Origin: Thermoplasmata archaeon
Lineage (GTDB): Archaea; Thermoplasmatota; Thermoplasmata; Thermoplasmatales; Thermoplasmataceae
Assembly (NCBI GenBank): GCA_021806355.1
Contig: JAJZXT010000050.1
Span: 1-36,169 of the forward strand
Direction: 5' to 3'
Length of the DNA: 36,169 bases
Shown here: piece by piece, positions 17,004 through 26,056 of the stretch
Layout: every line of letters starts with the position of its first letter
How positions within the stretch are numbered: position 1 is the stretch's first letter
Program-made: the position numbers and the translations under genes
The notes under the pieces: generated by a model
Database searches by the model: none
The model's input: only the letters and a program-made list of their open reading frames with translations
What the model was told of the DNA's origin: nothing

Positions 17004-17656
17004 GGTCGTTTATGAATAATGATATTTGTTTTAATATTAAAATGGGAGATAAAGAGTCTGAACAGTTTACCATGACATGGTTTTATCGAGCAATGGCCTG
17101 CACTAGCAATATTGACACAAATTCACCTCAATATGGTGAGAGACATATAGATTTAGCAGATCGTTTTATATCCTTGTGGATTTGTTATAATTCCATATTG
17201 AGAGAATCTCATGGTGAGAGATTGAATGATAAGCAACTAATTGATGCTGCTGGAAAAGACAAAGATTGGGAAGAAATATTACAGAGAAAAATGGGAGAAC
17301 TGTGTTATTACTTGAATGAGTTAATGAAATACACGGTTAAAGATATGAAAAGTGGAAATAGCATAACGCTAAATTCTAAAGAATTCGAAAAACTAATTCA
17401 GGTGATCTATCAGATTAGATGCAACCTTTTTCACGGTAGGAAACTCCCTTATGAAGATAAGAACTCAATAGACTTCAAACTGATCAAGCTTGCACATTTG
17501 ATATTGGCACCATTGGTTACGGAATACCTTAAATCAAAGGATTTAGTAAAAATAGAGTATTGTCAAGACTATGGGAACGTAGCTGATAGTGATTTTCCAA
17601 AGCCGGTGTTAGAAATTGAAGATTTTGAGGGGGGTTTTATATTTGAATTTCGATAA
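17000..17656 (+). CDS. HEPN-domain protein (Rx4H), putative RNase effector; start moved from 16913 to 17000
   Basis: The ATG at 17000 overlaps the recombinase stop (ATGA). The motif YQIRCNLFHGRK is an R-x4-H HEPN signature in a helical context. Confidence 0.5.
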   Translation: MRSFMNNDICFNIKMGDKESEQFTMTWFYRAMACTSNIDTNSPQYGERHIDLADRFISLWICYNSILRESHGERLNDKQLIDAAGKDKDWEEILQRKMGELCYYLNELMKYTVKDMKSGNSITLNSKEFEKLIQVIYQIRCNLFHGRKLPYEDKNSIDFKLIKLAHLILAPLVTEYLKSKDLVKIEYCQDYGNVADSDFPKPVLEIEDFEGGFIFEFR

Positions 17657-17679
17657 ATACTCAGCTTAAATTATAGACG

Positions 17680-17688
17680 TTTTTTTTT
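17680..17688 (+). terminator. T9 tract, candidate archaeal terminator
   Basis: A run of nine T begins 24 nt after the TAA stop at 17654-17656. Confidence 0.4.
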
Positions 17689-17689
17689 G

Positions 17690-17935
17690 TAACAAAGAAA
17701 AGCATTGACGATGTGAGGAAAAGGCTGGATGAGATGCAGAAGAAGCTTGGAGGTTCCATTCCAAAGCTCCGAAGAGCAGTGATCCCATGAAGGACTTCTT
17801 TGTGGTTGAATTGACCCTGAAAGGGCCCAGAAAGCAGTGAGGAAGGTGGATGACATGCAGGCCATCGTTGGAGAGGATCAGGGACTCGCAGACAAGCTAG
17901 AAAAAATGAAGTTGAGGCTATCTACAATAAAATAG
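17690..17935 (+). pseudogene. decayed coiled-coil gene remnant with backbone-like GC
   Basis: Three frame-shifted pieces read SIDDVRKRLDEMQKKLGGSIPKLRRAVIP*, MKDFFVVELTLKGPRKQ* and AVRKVDDMQAIVGEDQGLADKLEKMKLRLSTIK*. The VRK.DxMQ unit is repeated. Confidence 0.3.
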
Positions 17936-17938
17936 ATT

Positions 17939-20149
17939 TCATAATCTTAAGATATCCCATTTTGATGTATCTTTCATATCTTCAGAGTAAATATGTCCAA
18001 TATTGATCATCCAAATAATTCCATGCCTAGTATCAATGGGCACAACAATTCCACCAAACAAGTTCTTTCCTTTACTATTCTCATCCATAATATATTTCTG
18101 AAGAGCCTCCGCTTTATTTTTTGTATATTTTTCAATTACTGTAATTCCCTTCTTAGTGTCAAAAAGACCAATTTTTCCATCATTGAATTTAACAATAAAG
18201 TCTACATAGAAGCAAGATTTGAAACCATCTTCATCAATATATCCAACTGAGAAATACTTTGATTCGCTTTCCCTATTTTTATACCACCATTCTACATTTT
18301 CGCTACTTTCCAGAAGTTTGATGAATTCTGTCTCAGGACTGCTGGCATTCACGTAATTGAAGAATGGTTTCATTATTGATTTTTTTACTATATTTGAAAA
18401 ATACTTATCATTATAAGATATTAACTTAGGTATTTCCCATTTGTATTCATCTATAAATTTATCCTGAGACTTTAATTTTAGAACAACACTATTTTGATAT
18501 TCTTCCTTACTTTTGAACAAAGCTTCTTCGAAAAATCTAACATTCTTATCCCCTAATATTATTTTTTCGGCGTTTTCGGAATATCTCTTTATACCGAATT
18601 TATTTTCTAAAAAAAGGTAAAGCGCAGTTCGTATTCTACCACTAGAATCTTTCATGGCATATGGGCTTGCATTTTTTCGCACAAACATGTAAAACTTGTC
18701 TGATATATCTTTAGAACTTGATGGGATTGCTATTTGTCCCCCGTATTCTATCTGTCCTAACTGATCAATATTAGATATTGATCCTTCAGCTATTATAAAA
18801 TCAGAAATTGTATTTGGTGAGAGATCTAGTTTTTGGTCAATTAGCATTTTACTTGCAACATCTTGGAAAATTTTCACAAATTCTCCAGAAAGTCTAGTTC
18901 TTTCTCTTTGCCTAATAACACTTTGTGATCGTAGTTTTATTTCACTATATCTGGAGTCGTCCCGCTTTGACTCTAATAACGTAAAATAATCACGAGCTTC
19001 ATCTCCTTCAAGTATTATTTTATCCAAGTTTGTAAAGACATATGCTTTGTTCAATTCTTCATTATTATAATATCTAAATTGAGGCATTCTCATTATGCGG
19101 CCCACAGTCTGAATGGTGAAAGGAAAACTTTTCGTTTCCCTAAAGATAACCAGTATTGATGCCCTGGGACAGTCCCATCCAAGAGCAATTGCCTGTTTAA
19201 ATATCAGTACTTCAACTTCGTTGTCATTTTTTTCTATATTTGCAAGGTTGTTAGACTTATCCTCTGAAAGCCATACTGCCAGTTTATTATTATTTATGTT
19301 TATCTCATATTTCAAATCCAATAGCCCTATTATTTTGTCCTTTTCCAGACCTGATTCACCTCCCTTATTGTCTGGCAATTGTATAAGAATTAATGGGTTA
19401 ATATTACTCCCCTCTGATTTATACAGTTGAGCCAACTCTTTTCTTTTATTTATGGCCTGATCAATAACTATTTCATTAGACGTCACACCCTTTTCAATCA
19501 CAATCGATAAAAATTCTGGATTTATAGAAACCTCGTTCTTTATCATTTTCTCCTCTTTTACATCCGCAATGTTAACAATAACATGTTGATCATATAGTTT
19601 GTTTAAGGGAGTGGCAGAAACCTCTACAGTTAGATGCGGTGAGATTATATCAATTAATTCTCTTGAACTTTCTGTGTTTGCAGTATGATGGCTCTCGTCA
19701 ATGATGAGTAATATTTTTTTACCATCATCTATAGTGTTTTTAACTACACTATTCAGATTGTTGTCCTGTTCATTCTCCCTAATGAGTATATTTGAGTTTT
19801 TTTTATTTATACTCTCCCAGTTGATAAATAAAATTTCATTCTTGTTTATTTTTCTATCGGAAATATCGAAAAAATAACTGCATTTCATCAACTGAAGATC
19901 TTCAAAATATCTCTCAAGTTTTTCTTTGCTCTGCTCATGAAGCATCCTAACTGATATCCAAATCACTGAGATATCTAGGTCGGGAACATTTGCAATATTT
20001 TTAAGGAATTCAGAGACCATTAGGGTTTTTCCTGAGCCAGTAGGGGCCTTGAAAGAAATAACTGCATTTTGAGACTTGTATAAAAAATCACACGCTTTAG
20101 TCGTCAACTCTTCGGTGGCTTTTAGTTGATAATTTCTTAAATTTATCAT
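17939..20149 (-). CDS. res: Type III restriction enzyme, Res subunit (SF2 helicase plus C-terminal PD-(D/E)XK nuclease)
   Basis: Helicase motifs are KAPTGSGKT (motif I), IIDESHH (motif II) and VSATP (motif III). The C-terminal FYVDFIV...GLFDTKKG is nuclease-like. It overlaps mod by ATGA. Confidence 0.85.
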   Translation of the reverse strand: MINLRNYQLKATEELTTKACDFLYKSQNAVISFKAPTGSGKTLMVSEFLKNIANVPDLDISVIWISVRMLHEQSKEKLERYFEDLQLMKCSYFFDISDRKINKNEILFINWESINKKNSNILIRENEQDNNLNSVVKNTIDDGKKILLIIDESHHTANTESSRELIDIISPHLTVEVSATPLNKLYDQHVIVNIADVKEEKMIKNEVSINPEFLSIVIEKGVTSNEIVIDQAINKRKELAQLYKSEGSNINPLILIQLPDNKGGESGLEKDKIIGLLDLKYEININNNKLAVWLSEDKSNNLANIEKNDNEVEVLIFKQAIALGWDCPRASILVIFRETKSFPFTIQTVGRIMRMPQFRYYNNEELNKAYVFTNLDKIILEGDEARDYFTLLESKRDDSRYSEIKLRSQSVIRQRERTRLSGEFVKIFQDVASKMLIDQKLDLSPNTISDFIIAEGSISNIDQLGQIEYGGQIAIPSSSKDISDKFYMFVRKNASPYAMKDSSGRIRTALYLFLENKFGIKRYSENAEKIILGDKNVRFFEEALFKSKEEYQNSVVLKLKSQDKFIDEYKWEIPKLISYNDKYFSNIVKKSIMKPFFNYVNASSPETEFIKLLESSENVEWWYKNRESESKYFSVGYIDEDGFKSCFYVDFIVKFNDGKIGLFDTKKGITVIEKYTKNKAEALQKYIMDENSKGKNLFGGIVVPIDTRHGIIWMINIGHIYSEDMKDTSKWDILRL

Positions 20150-21855
20150 TTGAATATTCTCCTATATACGTTCAAGATAGATGCAGGTATAGGTTTTATT
20201 TCTATCAAATCAATCAAATCTGTAAACTCATCTTCTTTGTTTCCATCATCGAGAGAAAAGACATATACAATAGCTTTTTTACCAATATTTTTTAACTGAA
20301 TTTTAGCTTCCTCAATTCCATCATCATCATATATGATACAAAGCAATTTGTATTCTGCACCATTAAATATTTTATAATATTTACCATTAGATATAAGATT
20401 AAAGCAATATTCCTTGAGACAAAGCATCTCAGTTGAACTGTCAACAAGTTGCTTTTTATTACTATCAGTTTCCAGAGCCTCTACAAAATCTGTTTTAAAA
20501 TATTTCAAACTACTTTCAGAAGATTTCAATTCCTTATTTTCATCATTTCTCAATATTACAGTTTTAATTCTTGGATAGCAAACATTTTCTGCAATTAGGT
20601 TTTCATTATTGGTGCAAAGAATAAATCTCCTGTTTCCACCATCTTCTGAATTGGTTTCAACCACTGCTTGACCAGTCGTTCCAGACCCTGCAAAAAAATC
20701 TAAAACGAGTGAATCTTTTTTTCCGTTTAACCTTATCAAATGTTTAACGAGTTCAACCGGTTTAGGGTAATCAAACACTCTCGATTCTTTTCCAAAAATT
20801 GACTCTAAATCTTTCTTTCCATCTGAGGTCAATACAAAATCTATCAATGATCTTGGGACTAAGCCCTCTTTTTCAGAAAGGAATCTTTTTCTTTTCGGAG
20901 TGGAATTTCCACTCTTCCCAAACCAGACTAAGTTATCTTCTAGTAATTTTTCAAAATTTTCTTTTGTGTAAGACCACCGTTTGAGCCATTCTTTACCAGT
21001 AAGTGGGGAAATAATTTTATACAATCTTTTATTGTCAGTGTCCGACGAGGGGGCTGTTAAATCTGTTTGCGCCCAAGGACCTCGAGGATCATTGTCAGGA
21101 TTTTTATATTCTTTTTTTTGTTTTTTATTCAAAGGCTGATAAAAACGCTCCAGTTTATCCTTATTTTTCGAATAGAACAAAACATAATCATGTTGGATAA
21201 AGATTAACTTAGAATCAGCACCAGCACCAGCCTTCTTTCTCCACACAAATGTACCGATATAGTTCTTTTCATCAAATATATTATCGCATAATAATTTCAA
21301 CTGAGAAAACTCATTCTCATCTATTGAAATAAAAATGATGCCTTCTGGCTTTAACAAACTTTTTGCTAATTTAATCCTTGAGTTCATGAAAGATAACCAT
21401 TTGCTGTGTCTATATGCATCTTCTTTGTCTACTATCTTATCATTGTAGATAAAGTCACCATTGCCTAAATTATACGGAGGATCAATATATATAACATCCA
21501 CTGCACGGTCATGTGTGTAATTCAAAACAGATAAGGAATGATAGTTATCACCTTCTATTAGTATATTTAAATTATCAATATTATGCACACTAATCGATTT
21601 TTCTGTGACTTCTCTAAGAATTGGAAGAAACTCATTGCATTTTTTAACTACTTGTTCATCCTTTTCTTCCCAAACTAAACCATACCTTTTTCTCTTCCTA
21701 AGTTTCTTTATCTCATTAATTAGCTCTTCTTTGGTCCATCCATCGTAGTTATTTTCATATTTATTTGATACGGGTTCAGGTGAAGTCGTTGGGATATTAA
21801 CCTGTTCTGAGGCAATAGTTCCATCTCGTTGGTCCTTCTCCTCTAACATATTCAT
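20146..21855 (-). CDS. mod: Type III R-M Mod DNA methyltransferase (beta-class N6A/N4C)
   Basis: DVIYIDPPYN (motif IV) precedes VLDFFAGSGTTG (motif I). YGLVWEEK is present near the N-terminus. The gene order is mod then res. Confidence 0.85.
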   Translation of the reverse strand: MNMLEEKDQRDGTIASEQVNIPTTSPEPVSNKYENNYDGWTKEELINEIKKLRKRKRYGLVWEEKDEQVVKKCNEFLPILREVTEKSISVHNIDNLNILIEGDNYHSLSVLNYTHDRAVDVIYIDPPYNLGNGDFIYNDKIVDKEDAYRHSKWLSFMNSRIKLAKSLLKPEGIIFISIDENEFSQLKLLCDNIFDEKNYIGTFVWRKKAGAGADSKLIFIQHDYVLFYSKNKDKLERFYQPLNKKQKKEYKNPDNDPRGPWAQTDLTAPSSDTDNKRLYKIISPLTGKEWLKRWSYTKENFEKLLEDNLVWFGKSGNSTPKRKRFLSEKEGLVPRSLIDFVLTSDGKKDLESIFGKESRVFDYPKPVELVKHLIRLNGKKDSLVLDFFAGSGTTGQAVVETNSEDGGNRRFILCTNNENLIAENVCYPRIKTVILRNDENKELKSSESSLKYFKTDFVEALETDSNKKQLVDSSTEMLCLKEYCFNLISNGKYYKIFNGAEYKLLCIIYDDDGIEEAKIQLKNIGKKAIVYVFSLDDGNKEDEFTDLIDLIEIKPIPASILNVYRRIFK

Positions 21856-22075
21856 GCCAATAAACGATTATAGTAAAATGTTTCTATAACGTTTTAAACT
21901 ATTAAAACGACGTGCAATAAATTTTTCATAAATCATCATATCTTTAAAAATATATTAATACATATTTCTAATTTTATCCTTCTGATTTCAAAAGGCCTAT
22001 TTTACTGATAAAAGTTCATTTTTTCATTTGATGTATCTATAGACGGTTTTTTTAATACGTTATATATCAGGAGAA

Positions 22076-22282
22076 ATGGTGAAACGCAATCCATTTACAA
22101 AGGAATACTACACAGGAAGGAAAGACTAGTTTGACGTAGACTATGCAATATTCAGGAAAGCAGTAGATGAGACGGAAACCAGGGATGAAATAATAAAATA
22201 TCTTGAGGAGAAGCTACAGTTTGTCATATCGAAAATAGCTGAGACCAATTCCAGGGAACTGATGGAAGAGCTGGAACTCTGA
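22076..22282 (+). pseudogene. small ORF interrupted by an in-frame TAG
   Basis: The 68-codon frame reads MVKRNPFTKEYYTGRKD*FDVDYAIFRKAVDETETRDEIIKYLEEKLQFVISKIAETNSRELMEELEL, with the TAG at 22127-22129. Confidence 0.25.
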
Positions 22283-22423
22283 TCATCCATTTATTATTTT
22301 TACAATTTCTTTTATTTTTTCTGCTATCTGTTCTCCCTTTTCTGTCAGGGATATGAGATTTCTGTTTGGATATTTTAACTTTAATAGCAAAATAGCTTTG
22401 CACTTAAAAGATGAAAGTTGCAC
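22283..22423 (-). pseudogene. C-terminal remnant of a wHTH regulator
   Basis: The minus-strand frame reads ...ILLLKLKYPNRNLISLTEKGEQIAEKIKEIVKIING*. The wing-plus-helix pattern resembles IFLTDKGHQVAEQL and FVLSEKGEEAYKEI in 32894..33415. Only 46 codons remain after an upstream stop. Confidence 0.3.
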
Positions 22424-22429
22424 CTAAAA
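22385..22429. repeat. TTGCACYTAAA motif locus A (two direct copies 20 nt apart)
   Basis: The elements are tagcaaaat (22385-22393), gctttgcacttaaaag (22395-22410) and ttgcacctaaaa (22418-22429). Confidence 0.8.
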
Positions 22430-22696
22430 CATTATGAACGAGACCGTCAAATTATAGTTGAAATATCCAGAAGGAATGTCCATACTCCTTTGAGACAAGG
22501 TTCCCCGGATATGGTATGGAAAGCACATACCTGAAGATGTGAAAGACAAGAGTGTCAAGTTAGGGATGAAATCCTCTATCGGGAGGCATATGAAATGTGC
22601 ATGACCATCCTCGGCCTACGGGTTCAGACATGGGAGGCTCTTATGAAAACATCATCTTTGTATCATAAGGGATCAACGGAGATTTGACAGTCTCTT

Positions 22697-22894
22697 ATGA
22701 ACAAAAATTTTAAGTACATCTTAGTGAATACTTGTTGGATGGGGTCTGGAGTGGATGATTTCAAGTGCGCCAAGTGTGGATATTATACTGGGTCACCAGA
22801 TGAGGCGCGTAATCACCACAATCCAATCACTGGGCACATTATGCAATATTACTCCATTTCAAAGCAAAAGTGGGAAAATGCATTCATGGACTGA
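22697..22894 (+). CDS. small C2H2-like zinc-finger protein (doubtful)
   Basis: 65 aa with FKCAKCGYYTGSPDEARNHHNPITGH. It is isolated in a degenerate intergenic stretch. Confidence 0.3.
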   Translation: MNKNFKYILVNTCWMGSGVDDFKCAKCGYYTGSPDEARNHHNPITGHIMQYYSISKQKWENAFMD

Positions 22895-22979
22895 ATCTCT
22901 CACTGGTGTTTTGCATCAATATTCTAGTCTGGCTGTCAAGCATTTTACCGATATTGGGTAGCCCAGTAATGGAATCAAC

Positions 22980-25718
22980 TCACTTCATGGAATTCATCAA
23001 TAGTTCTCTTATTCTTTTATGAGGCTCCCCCAGAAGCTCTTCAACAACCTCCAAGTTGTCATAAAATGACACAAATAACTCTTGTTCTTCTATTGGGGGT
23101 ATATCGATTCTTGCCTTATCAAAAAAGTCCGTCATATTCCATGTGCCGTTGTCAGAACTTGAAGAGTATTCAAGAAAGAGATTGCGATACTCGTAAAATA
23201 ACCATTTGAGATTGATCTTGTAATCTACACGTTCACTCTGAGTGACTTCGGAAGACTTCTTGAGAAACAACAGATATGCGTCGTCGTTTATTGTATAATC
23301 TCCTGTTTCAAAGAATGTAGTAAATCCTGCTTTTCCCTTCCTAACTACGTGAATAACTTGTTTTCCCTCTGTCACCGTAATGTATTTCGACGCATCCTTA
23401 GGATGAGGACACTTATGAATATACATAGTTTCATCAAAAACGGTACTTCCGGTTAAAATTAGATACTTTCGTTCTTTGTTAATCTTTATCTGAGAATACC
23501 GATATTCCTCTGTTAAACCAGAATTTCCACTCATGTACCCTAGAACTTCTCCAATGGGGACCTCCAAGCCTTGAAATGCTGAGAAATCCCTATTAGTAAT
23601 CATCACCTTAATTCTTTCTAACTGAGTATGTAACTGGGAGAAATCAACGTTTGAGATCGATTTCATTTGTTTCTCAACTGTATCGAGTTTATTCTTCCAT
23701 TGGTTCATCGGCATAAGTCCTGCTTCAGCAGGGCGCATGTAATACTCTGGAAGAAGACAATAGTTTGCTGCCGGCTCTTGAATGGTTGACATCTTAATGA
23801 ATCCACCTTTTCTGAGTTTTATTCCCTTTCCCTTTTCATCAATCCACTCAGTTCCAGAAGTTAAACTATCATCGAATTTCTTCCATCTTTCCTCAAGGAG
23901 TCCTGGCATTTCTTCTCCATCAGTGCTTACCCATCCTGAAATTTCGTCGTGCATCCAACCATTTCGATTATTCCGTAACTTTGTGGGAAACCTTTTGTCA
24001 GAATTGGCTAGGCCATCATTGTCTAAAATATACATCCAAATTGGTTCGGTTTGCATTCTTGTTTGGTTATCTGCCTTTTTCTTGAAGAACACCGCATACA
24101 TTTTTTCCTTAGTGTAGGGTGCAAATGCAAATTTAGGAAGGGAGATAATTGCTTCTATAGCGCATTTTTCAAGAAAATTACTTCTTAGCTTAACAAAAGA
24201 TGGATTCTCCAACACACCATCAGGGAGTAGGACGCATGCCTTGCCATTCACTTTCAAAAGGTTGATGATTCTATAGAGGAATGCAATCTCGTTGCGAAAG
24301 GATGCTATGGCCGTTGTATCGGCTTTTACAGTCCCAGCGCCTACAGGTGGATTAGTGAGGATATAATCCCATTTTTCATCGTCCTTGAACTTGTGTCTAA
24401 GAGAATCTCTTGAATACATATGTGTATGGCCGTCTCCAACAAGAAACATGTTCAATTTTGTCCGCCAAATGTTTTCCGGCCTAACGTCGAAGCCATAAAA
24501 GCAGCTTTCTTCTAGGAATCTAAGTGCTTCCTCATCCAAGGATAAATTCTTGCTGTAAGCATTGTACAACACTTTGAAACTTTCTGTCAAAAATCCTCCT
24601 GTTCCACACGCTGGGTCTAGAACTTTAAATTCCCTCTTACCGTCATAATATGTCTCATCTTTTAGTAACAGTTTTGCGAAAATATGCGTATAGTGTCTTC
24701 TAGTGAAATACTCACCGAAGTCCTTTTTCTCATTCTTGCTTGCAAACTTTTCATACACAGCCCCGAACAGATCAAACCCACAACCATGTAAAGGTTTCAT
24801 GGAATCGATAATATCGTATATGCTCTTCACATCCTCAGTTGTCACTATAGGCTTTGTCTTTTCTGTTCCCACTATGGCGATTCTGACTTTCTCCATTAGG
24901 GTAGAAAATTCCTCAAATTGGGAATTCTGCTCTAATCTCTGAATGTATTTGGACAAAGATGCCACAACTTCTTCTGATTTCTTGGATTGACAATCAGTCC
25001 AATATATTCTTGTAGCATCTTTGGTACCCCTCAAATTTTCTCTTTCTTCAAAATACTCCAAAGATATGAAACCTATTGTAAAGTCGATCTTTTGAACGCC
25101 ATTTTCGAAACTAATGTTTCTATAGACCTTAGCAAGTTCCCAAAGCCTATTAGCAAAAACCGCCTCAGATATAAGTGCTAGAGAATCAACATTTGTAACT
25201 ATATTCTCAAGCTCTGGTTTTTGGGTGAGTTGATTTTTTACTAGACGGAGCACGTCTATAGTTTGGAAGGTGCGAATTGGGTTTCCGTTTAGCCTAATCT
25301 CATTCCTAGTCTTTACATTGTAAAAAATACTTGTCTTGCAATTGGTTACTATAAAGAATGGTAATTTGAGTTTTGGTGCTTTGTCAAATCCTTGTTTGAT
25401 TGCATCCTTCCAATCAGCATCACCTACAACGCTTTCATCCTTTGCTTCTGCATATGCGACAAGATTCTCTATGAACTGGGTTTCATTCTTTGTGATCTGA
25501 TCATACTCAAATTCAGATACGAGTAAATCAGGCCTCTTGAGGAACGTGTATTTCGAAAAAGTAGTATCGTTCACGATTTGTCTAAGAGGTATACTCAACT
25601 GACTGACCAGAACCTCATTAATGAATCTTTGAACAGTTAGAGCCTCCTCTTTCTTCTTTTTTCGTTTTGGTTCAAATTCTGGCTGCTCAATAAGCCTTTT
25701 CTGAATGGCCAATTCCAT
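22980..25718 (-). CDS. Type IIG-like fused restriction-modification enzyme (N-terminal HsdR_N-type nuclease, gamma-class N6-adenine MTase, C-terminal target-recognition region)
   Basis: The N-terminus has RPDLLV...LVAYAEAKDES...FFIVTNCK (D...ExK). MTase motifs are GEYFTRRHYTHIFAKLL and VLDPACGTGGFL (motif I) and ILTNPPVGAG (motif IV variant). The C-terminal 300 aa are HsdS-like (LEVPIGEVLGYMSGNSGLTE). No helicase motifs are present. Confidence 0.7.
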   Translation of the reverse strand: MELAIQKRLIEQPEFEPKRKKKKEEALTVQRFINEVLVSQLSIPLRQIVNDTTFSKYTFLKRPDLLVSEFEYDQITKNETQFIENLVAYAEAKDESVVGDADWKDAIKQGFDKAPKLKLPFFIVTNCKTSIFYNVKTRNEIRLNGNPIRTFQTIDVLRLVKNQLTQKPELENIVTNVDSLALISEAVFANRLWELAKVYRNISFENGVQKIDFTIGFISLEYFEERENLRGTKDATRIYWTDCQSKKSEEVVASLSKYIQRLEQNSQFEEFSTLMEKVRIAIVGTEKTKPIVTTEDVKSIYDIIDSMKPLHGCGFDLFGAVYEKFASKNEKKDFGEYFTRRHYTHIFAKLLLKDETYYDGKREFKVLDPACGTGGFLTESFKVLYNAYSKNLSLDEEALRFLEESCFYGFDVRPENIWRTKLNMFLVGDGHTHMYSRDSLRHKFKDDEKWDYILTNPPVGAGTVKADTTAIASFRNEIAFLYRIINLLKVNGKACVLLPDGVLENPSFVKLRSNFLEKCAIEAIISLPKFAFAPYTKEKMYAVFFKKKADNQTRMQTEPIWMYILDNDGLANSDKRFPTKLRNNRNGWMHDEISGWVSTDGEEMPGLLEERWKKFDDSLTSGTEWIDEKGKGIKLRKGGFIKMSTIQEPAANYCLLPEYYMRPAEAGLMPMNQWKNKLDTVEKQMKSISNVDFSQLHTQLERIKVMITNRDFSAFQGLEVPIGEVLGYMSGNSGLTEEYRYSQIKINKERKYLILTGSTVFDETMYIHKCPHPKDASKYITVTEGKQVIHVVRKGKAGFTTFFETGDYTINDDAYLLFLKKSSEVTQSERVDYKINLKWLFYEYRNLFLEYSSSSDNGTWNMTDFFDKARIDIPPIEEQELFVSFYDNLEVVEELLGEPHKRIRELLMNSMK

Positions 25719-25924
25719 TATTCCTCCTTGACCTTTTCTAATTCACCCCTTATTACTCTAACAATCAATACTTCTCTTTTCTCGGGGTCAAAATCCCATG
25801 TAAGCATATCATTAGTGGTTAGGTGGAGCGTCTTCACAATAAATGAAGGTACTGTAGTTCTTATTGAGTCGCTCTGTGTTTTTGCCGCTACCAATTTTGT
25901 CGTCTCACCTTTCATTCTTGGCAT
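25718..25924 (-). CDS. AbrB/SpoVT-family DNA-binding protein (possible controller of the R-M gene)
   Basis: 68 aa with IRTTVPSFIVKTLHLTTNDMLTWDFD, typical of the swapped-hairpin domain. Its stop overlaps the R-M start by 1 nt. Confidence 0.6.
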   Translation of the reverse strand: MPRMKGETTKLVAAKTQSDSIRTTVPSFIVKTLHLTTNDMLTWDFDPEKREVLIVRVIRGELEKVKEE

Positions 25925-26056
25925 TCTACCTACATATCGATAACTTGCTTATAAATCTACCTATTTGCATGTCGATTATTATCTCTATTCCATAATATAG
26001 GTAGACATATCAACATATTTATAAGGCAGAAAGTAATAGGTGTATTAAGAGGTAGA
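25924..26056. repeat. TCTACCT(A/C)T motif: two direct and two inverted copies in the divergent intergenic region
   Basis: Copies are at 25924-25930 (+), 25955-25961 (+), 25998-26004 (-) and 26050-26056 (-), with a fifth at 27309-27315 (+). Confidence 0.7.

Noticed and set aside
22127-22129. In-frame TAG as possible pyrrolysine or recoding
   Set aside because: TAG is used as an ordinary stop by several well-supported genes here (12826-12828, 27366-27368, 27913-27915). A simple disruption is therefore more likely.
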